Assembly: GCA_905178155.1 (NCBI GenBank)
Contig: CAJINV010000007.1
Location: 606,358 to 670,357, forward strand
DNA from: Amoebophrya sp. A120
Taxonomy: Eukaryota > Protista > Dinoflagellata
Length of the DNA stretch: 64,000 bases
Direction: 5' to 3'
The first letter of the stretch is position 1. Each line of letters opens with the position of its first letter. Positions 58,401 through 64,000 of this stretch are shown one piece after another. The notes under the pieces were generated by a model. The model ran no database searches and was not told where the DNA came from. It saw nothing but the letters and a program-made list of their open reading frames with translations. The position numbers were made by a program, and so were the translations under genes.

Positions 58401-61400
58401 ACAAATTACTCCCCGAGGCGTACGCCGAAATTGAAGAGCAGAAAAAGCGGCTTCTCGCGTTTAACAAAGAGCACAGCAAAAAGGGAAAGCGAAACGAACT
58501 CTTCACGGAGGAAGAATTTGTGCAGATGATTCTCGCGCAGGAGAATGGCGGTCCCCCGCGGGCCTACGAGAAATTTGGCAACAAACTGGTGCGCGTGAAC
58601 AACGATTCGCTTACTGGCTGCGACACGGAACTAATCCCAACCGGGGTGCTGAAGGAGAGACAAACCGGGCTTTTGATGTGGATGGATATCAAAACGGCCA
58701 ACGCAACAAGGATTCTGACCAACTCGACCGTGACCACCCTGGGCGGCACGTTGCGGGTTGAGAGGGACGAGTCGGATCCGGTGGAGCTCGCAACGAAGAT
58801 TGAGTCGGTGAAAGACGTATCCTGCGCAAAAGTATCGTACTCGTATTGCAGTCATGCATTACACATCCTGTTCTTAAGGTAAATCAGCATTACAAATTTT
58901 ATTTCTCATCATGCTGAGTAAAGTTGTATATGCATTTATACGAGTGCGATACTTTCGCAATGCATAAGACGGGCGGAGTAAGGAGCACGTGTTGGTGGAG
59001 CAAGAAGATGTTGTCGGAAAAAATCAATCTCCCGTTGTGCCAGAAATTCTTGCATCAGGAGCTGCATCCTCTTCAAATGCAAACCCGTGCTCTGGCTCTA
59101 GCTTCTCTGCGACACAAAGACAAGCGTCCCCCGAGCGAACGGGTGTTGTGGCCTGTTCCGGACAAGATGAAGTAGAAGCATCACAGCCTCTGCTGGCGCT
59201 GAAACAGGACGCCCCTTCCTCTGTGGAATCACCACCGGGTGTAACAACTGTGCCAACATCGTATGTCGCTAATCAGGAGCCAGTACAATGCGGCGGTACA
59301 ACAGCTGTGGCAGGAAAACTATCTTCTTCACCAGCAGTTGCGCATGCTGCAAGTCAGCAGGGTAGTAATACTCCCGTAAGATTACACGACGACCCCTCGT
59401 GTGGCAATACGCAAGTCATCAAACAACCCCCTCTCGAGGACGACCAGGAGCAGGCACAAGCAGAACTGCCGGCCGCGCCTTCTGCTGCAGAAGAATTGCA
59501 GTCGGTTCTAGCAAATGGAGCTGCGACAGAAGTGGGAAGGCACGACCTCGAGCACCATGAGCACCAGCATCACGGCACGCAGACAGTTTCACCCACTGAA
59601 GCCGAGGCGGAGGAGGATGCTTTGTCCGTGCAACTGGCTGCAAAGCTGTCGCTCAATGACACAACAGCTACTTGTCCTTCGCCGATTCTAGTTAATTCCC
59701 ATCATCATGAAAAAGATGAAACAACTTCTACCTCCGCACCACAAGCAGATGGCGAAAGATCGGTCCAAAGCAGGTCGTACAAGAAGCTCGGGTCTGTCGC
59801 GCGGTTATTTCACCACATTGGGATTTTCACCACGGTGCTCCCTCATGAGAAAGAACAAGAAATCCGCCGCTTCGAGAACTTCAGGCGGTCACTTGACGGT
59901 TATGACAGTGCACAGCTCCCCCCCCCCCTCATTTGTAAGTATGGCATGAACAGCAATACAAACACCAGCACACGTGGAGCCTGTACATGACAAATTTATG
60001 TGCCTGATGTAGTACTGTTTTGGCTTCCAGAATCTGTCTTGCAAACAGTGCCACAACGCACCGACTGGATTTGAGGTTTTGCATGACAAACGAGGGGGAG
60101 GGGGAGTTGTGCACTCTCATACCGGTTCTTCGAACAAACAACATCAAACTCTACTTCAGCAGTTTGATTTCTTCCGCGGACGGCAGGCCAACTACTGGAC
60201 ACTGACCGCTATCGAAACCTACTTGCGGTTTTTGGAGTACGAGCTAGAGAGGGAAGAAGATCAACATGCCGGAGCCAACTACTCGAGTCCTAACGCAACT
60301 GGTGCTGGTAGTCACGGAGCAGGCGCAGGTGTCGTGTCTCCTTCTGGTGGGAAGCAAAGCAGTTCGGGCAAGGAAGATGTGGGGAAGAAGAAGAGCCTTT
60401 TTGCTCGCCTAATCGGTAGAAGCAGCTCGTCTTTGGTGCGAACGACAAGGGGAGGCCCCTCAGGAGAGGATGCTGCAGTGTTGCGAAACACGGCGAAAAT
60501 AAACGAGGATATTCCCGCGACAAGTGCTAGGGCCGCTCCTGCGGCGATTGCAAGTAGCACGATGAAAACAGCGAGCAGGCTCTTGACCGAGAAGCACATC
60601 CGAGAAGCGCGCGAAGAGTTGATGCTGATAAAAAACCACAACGCCAAAAATTGTGCGGTTCAGGAGCATGACAAAGACCAGAAATTCCAGATTGTCGGCT
60701 GGACTAACTACCTGACCGAACATCTCCGCTTACCGTGGGGGGAGTTTGTGACCCTGTCCCAGGTGGAGGCATATCAAATGCATAAATGTCTGGGTCTGGA
60801 AACATGTGATGCTGGGTGTCGTATCATGATGAGGGCACAAGTGCTGGCTCAGCATGACAAGTCTCTGAGCTTCTAGGTGTTGCCTATTCTGCATGACAAA
60901 CTGCATTTCTGCATGACAGAAAAGCTGGGTATCCGGGTAGACCAGGGCCCCTGCTCAGACCAGGGCCCCTGGGACCAGGGCCCCCAGGACCAGGGCCCCT
61001 AGGACCAGGGCCCCTAGGACCAGGGCCCCTAGGACCAGGGCCCCTACGGATTGGGGCCCCTGCGGACTGAACGGCATCCCGGAATCTGGTACACGGCGCG
61101 GCGCGGCCGGAAGCGGAGATGTCTACCAGCGGATCTTCCAGTCGAAATAATCTGGGCCACCAAGTAAGTATGCATGTCATGGGACTCCTAGTATCTGGCC
61201 AGGAGGTAGAAGAAGGTAGGCCACAAGTAATATGGGACGCAGTCGGCTGACTACCCAGAGCATTTCTCTCACTTTCTAGATTCCTCGACGCGCGTCGGCG
61301 TCACAAGTTCTCAGTTGTGCAGACCCAGATCTATTTACAATGCAACGGGCATCGTTTTTTTTTGTAGTCAGCCACGTACTTGAGCTTCTCCGTCTGTCTT

Positions 61401-64000
61401 TTTTGGGTGGTGTCGTTGAGGAATCTTGTGCATTTTTTTCCCTTGATGATGCTTGTCTGAACGATTATTCTGTAAATCTCCGCCGCAGCTTCGATGTAGT
61501 ATGGCAGTTTCATTCTCGGTATTTTTTCATAGCGGCGCCATCGGTGCGTATGTGGGGTACGGAAATGCGCATTTTTTCGCGGCACCGACGACGGGCGGCG
61601 GGTTGGTGCGCAGTTGTACTGTCGCGCGATAGATATCAAGGGGAACTGCTTCGCATATTTTTCCGCCTGGAAATCCAGCTGGAAACATTCGGGAAGGAGA
61701 TGCAGCCGAAGAGGAAGATGCCCTTTCAATGCATTTCCCGCTGGAATTCCAGCTCGAAACATTTGGAAAAGGCATCTGCGCTGCATTTCCGCCTGGAAAT
61801 GCAGCTGAAGGCGCCTTTTCAATGCATTTCTTGCTGGAAATCCAGCTGGAATTATTTGGAAAAGACATCCGCAGCGGATTTCCACCTGGGAATGCAGCTG
61901 CAGACGCCTTGTCAGTGCATTTCTAGACGGAAATCCAGCTGGTGGAAACATTTGGAAAAGGCATCTGCAGCGCGTTCCCACCTGGAATCGCAGCTGCAGA
62001 CGTCTTCTCAGTGCGTTTCTAGCAGGAAATCCAGCTGGTGAAAACATTTGGAAAAGGCAGTTGCAGCGCGTTTCCACCTGGAAACGCAACTGCAGATGCC
62101 TTTTCAACGCATTTCTAGCTGGAAATCCAGCTAGAAATGCACTCGGTAACCAAATCAAAGCAAGCTTGCTCGTGACATCACACCAGGGAGATCTTGATCT
62201 CTTCCCCCGTCCGCACCTGCGCATCCTGGGCAAAAACATGCGGGGATGTTTTTGCCCAGGTTCTGCTGCTACACGTCATGTATCTAATTATTAGGTTCTG
62301 GCTTTTATAGGAATATCAATATGCGAAGCCTTTCCATGTCATACCACGCAGATCAACACTTATGCTTTGCCTGTGCCTGTACACGTGCCCTGCCCCTGCG
62401 CGCCAAGTAACGACAAGCAGCATGAAGAGCCCAACAACTTTCCGCCGAGTCATGAAGCCAAAAATAAAGAAGCACAGTGAGACGCCACGACCGACGGGCG
62501 CCGTTTGTATTCGAAGTGTGTGTTTCCCTGCAAAAGCATTGCTCGAGCGGACCGGGATGCAGCTCAAACTGCTAACGAGAGAGATCACAAATTGCCACCA
62601 TGACCGCCAAGCTTTCCTTCGTTTGTACGTAGAGCGACGCCCCAACTTCTCCAGATCCAGACACCAGATTCCGGGATGCCAGATTCCGAGACACCGTAGG
62701 GACCCCAGTCCGTAGGGGCCCCACTCCGTAGGGGCCCCAGTCCGTAGGGGCCCCAATCTGTAGGGGCCCTGGTCCCAGGGGCCCCTATTCCAGGGGCCCT
62801 GGTCCTAGGGGCCCTGGTCCCAGGGGCCCTGGTCTACACCTTTACCGAAAAGCTGAGCTCTCGGGTAACGCGCATGACAGATTTAAGAGGCATGCCAGAC
62901 AAGCATGACAAACATGCATTCTTTCATACCCAGACATATTTGCACTTGATAAGGCACTAAACACACGACTAGCAACTACATCTGCTTCCTCTTCTTCAAC
63001 ATCCTCTTCGCCGGGGAACAAGGGCCAGAGGAAGATTTTATCCTGTGCAAAAGTATCGTACTCGTATTGCAGTGATGTAATTACAAATCTTTTTCTTAAG
63101 GTAAATCAGCATTACAAATTTTGTTTCTCATGCTGAGGAAATTTGTAATGCATTTATAAGTACGAGTGCGATACTTTTGCAATCCATAGATTTTCGGGCG
63201 CGAACATTTCCTCTTTCTCGACACCGTGAAAGACGCAGATGAGAGAATCAAAGCCGGAAATAACCCCGCTGGAAAGCATCCTGGCAACGTCGCGGTGTTC
63301 TCTTCAATAAATACAAGAGGACAGCAAAGTGCGGCTGGTGCAGATGGCCACGTTGGCTGTACTAGAGAACAAGAAGACAATTCTCAGCACACATCATTAT
63401 CGGGTGGTCTGCTGAACCATGTGAAGCAGGGAAAGTTTGCGAGTTACGAGGAAATTACGGTAACAAATGCCTTTATGAGAGTGTCAGGATTGAAATCGTC
63501 AAAGTTGAAATGATTTGCCATGCATAAAATGGATGCCAGTCGGAAGCCCACTTATCAAGCGGCGCATGACAAATTTTCCGAGCACCGGAATCCAATTTGT
63601 CATGCTGCTTAGGCCCAGAAGACTGCTTTTGTCATGCTATCTTAGCAGCTCTATTTAAAACCCTAAACAGGCTCACAATCGGCCATACTTGCCATCCCGG
63701 CAAGACAGGCGCCGCATGCTTTGCATTTTATGCATGACAAACTACTATTTCAACTTTGGCGATTTCAATCCTGACAGATCCATAGCCTTTCTGGAGAAGA
63801 TGTTGCCCAGTGTGGAGCGTGTAATATCAAATGCAAAAATGTCTGGGTCTGGAAGGATGCAACTTGTGATGCTACCTCTGGACTCTACATAAAATCTGTA
63901 TTGCATGAACAGCAAAAGAGGTGTATTTTGTGCTACGCGGAGAGGGCATTTCTCATGCGGTATGAGCATCAGAAAGCCCTCGCAAAATCTCTGATGCTAG
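52480..64000 (+). CDS. Very large hypothetical protein with a duplicated unknown domain; at least 10 introners; continues beyond the window
   Basis: In-frame joins GLLF|SYNK, TQKD|LIRK, EVIK|TGVF, WVDV|AGSS, SVKD|GRSK, SLDG|SSNK, QVEA|LNTR, QRKI|FGRE, TNAF|LEKM. The true start may be a downstream ATG. Confidence 0.85.
55852..56109. mobile_element. Introner family A
   Basis: Family A TIRs; TSD tgttt. Confidence 0.94.
56240..56491. mobile_element. Introner family E
   Basis: Family E TIRs; TSD aagga. Confidence 0.94.
56858..57069. mobile_element. Introner family I
   Basis: TIR tatcgcaagaacaaactgtttcactgtga / tcacagtgaaacagttttttcgtgggata; TSD tcaag. Confidence 0.92.
57126..57377. mobile_element. 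Introner family A
   Basis: Family A TIRs; TSD acgtg. Confidence 0.93.
58818..58966. mobile_element. Introner family B
   Basis: Family B TIRs; TSD agacg. Confidence 0.93.
59901..60121. mobile_element. Introner family C
   Basis: Family C TIRs; TSD acggt/ccggt. Confidence 0.92.
60928..62846. mobile_element. Non-autonomous foldback/Mutator-like DNA transposon
   Basis: Perfect 9-bp TSD gaaaagctg (60919-60927, 62847-62855). TIR ggta..gtagaccagggcccct is extended by inverted arrays of 15-bp ggaccagggccccta units. No recognisable transposase. Confidence 0.85.
61657..62140. repeat. Internal satellite of semi-palindromic tttcc(a/g)(g/c)ctggaaa / gcagctgc units
   Basis: Recurring gctggaaatccagctgg..aaacatttggaaaaggcatctgc blocks. 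Confidence 0.85.
63039..63188. mobile_element. Introner family B
   Basis: Family B TIRs; TSD gattt. Confidence 0.94.
63474..63784. mobile_element. Introner family F
   Basis: Family F TIRs; TSD gcctt. Confidence 0.93.
63825..64000. mobile_element. Introner family A, cut by the window edge
   Basis: Consensus left TIR and family A interior. Confidence 0.9.

Larger units (their letters stand above)
60772..62951. mobile_element. Introner family A carrying a 1.9-kb nested transposon
   Basis: Family A TIRs; TSD aggca; the two halves match the reverse complement of the 55852 copy. Confidence 0.9.

Noticed and set aside
61331-62239. 302-aa and 233-aa ORFs inside the nested transposon as a candidate transposase
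   Set aside because: They arise from the tandem satellite and show no DDE or zinc-finger motifs.
17247-64000. Recurrent peptides in the ORF track (AKMSGSGR, QKCLGLE, LPDPDIFA, FQTQTFL, KKCYSYT, YEYDTFA) resembling a repeated protein domain
   Set aside because: They are translations of introner TIRs in different frames, not protein repeats.

Overview
This is gene-dense eukaryotic DNA. Its architecture matches the syndinean dinoflagellate Amoebophrya (inferred from the intron type, not from a marker gene). About nine protein-coding loci are interrupted by roughly 50 short (about 150-340 bp) non-canonical introns or introner elements from about 10 terminal-inverted-repeat (TIR) families, labelled A-J here. 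Almost all begin TAT, end ATA, are flanked by a 5-bp direct repeat (TSD) and carry internal TGTCATGC/GCATGACA-type octamers. The junctions I tested cannot be read as GT-AG. Removing an element plus one TSD copy rejoins the flanking ORFs in frame. This reconstructs an ion-channel-fused class III adenylyl cyclase (19-20 elements), a ~3000-aa hypothetical protein (7 elements), a protein with a duplicated unknown domain (at least 10 elements) and smaller genes. A frameshifted PPPDE/NlpC-P60-like gene and an element-free membrane-protein ORF lie at the left end. Other DNA has inserted inside three introners, including a 9-bp-TSD foldback/Mutator-like element and a 2.6-kb insert bounded by ~50-bp direct repeats. 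The least expected signals are the octamer shared across unrelated TIR families, orientation-independent insertion, and clustered (about 45-bp periodic) spacing between neighbouring elements. No transposase, rRNA, tRNA or CRISPR array was recognised. Coordinates were counted by hand and may be off by 1-2 bp.
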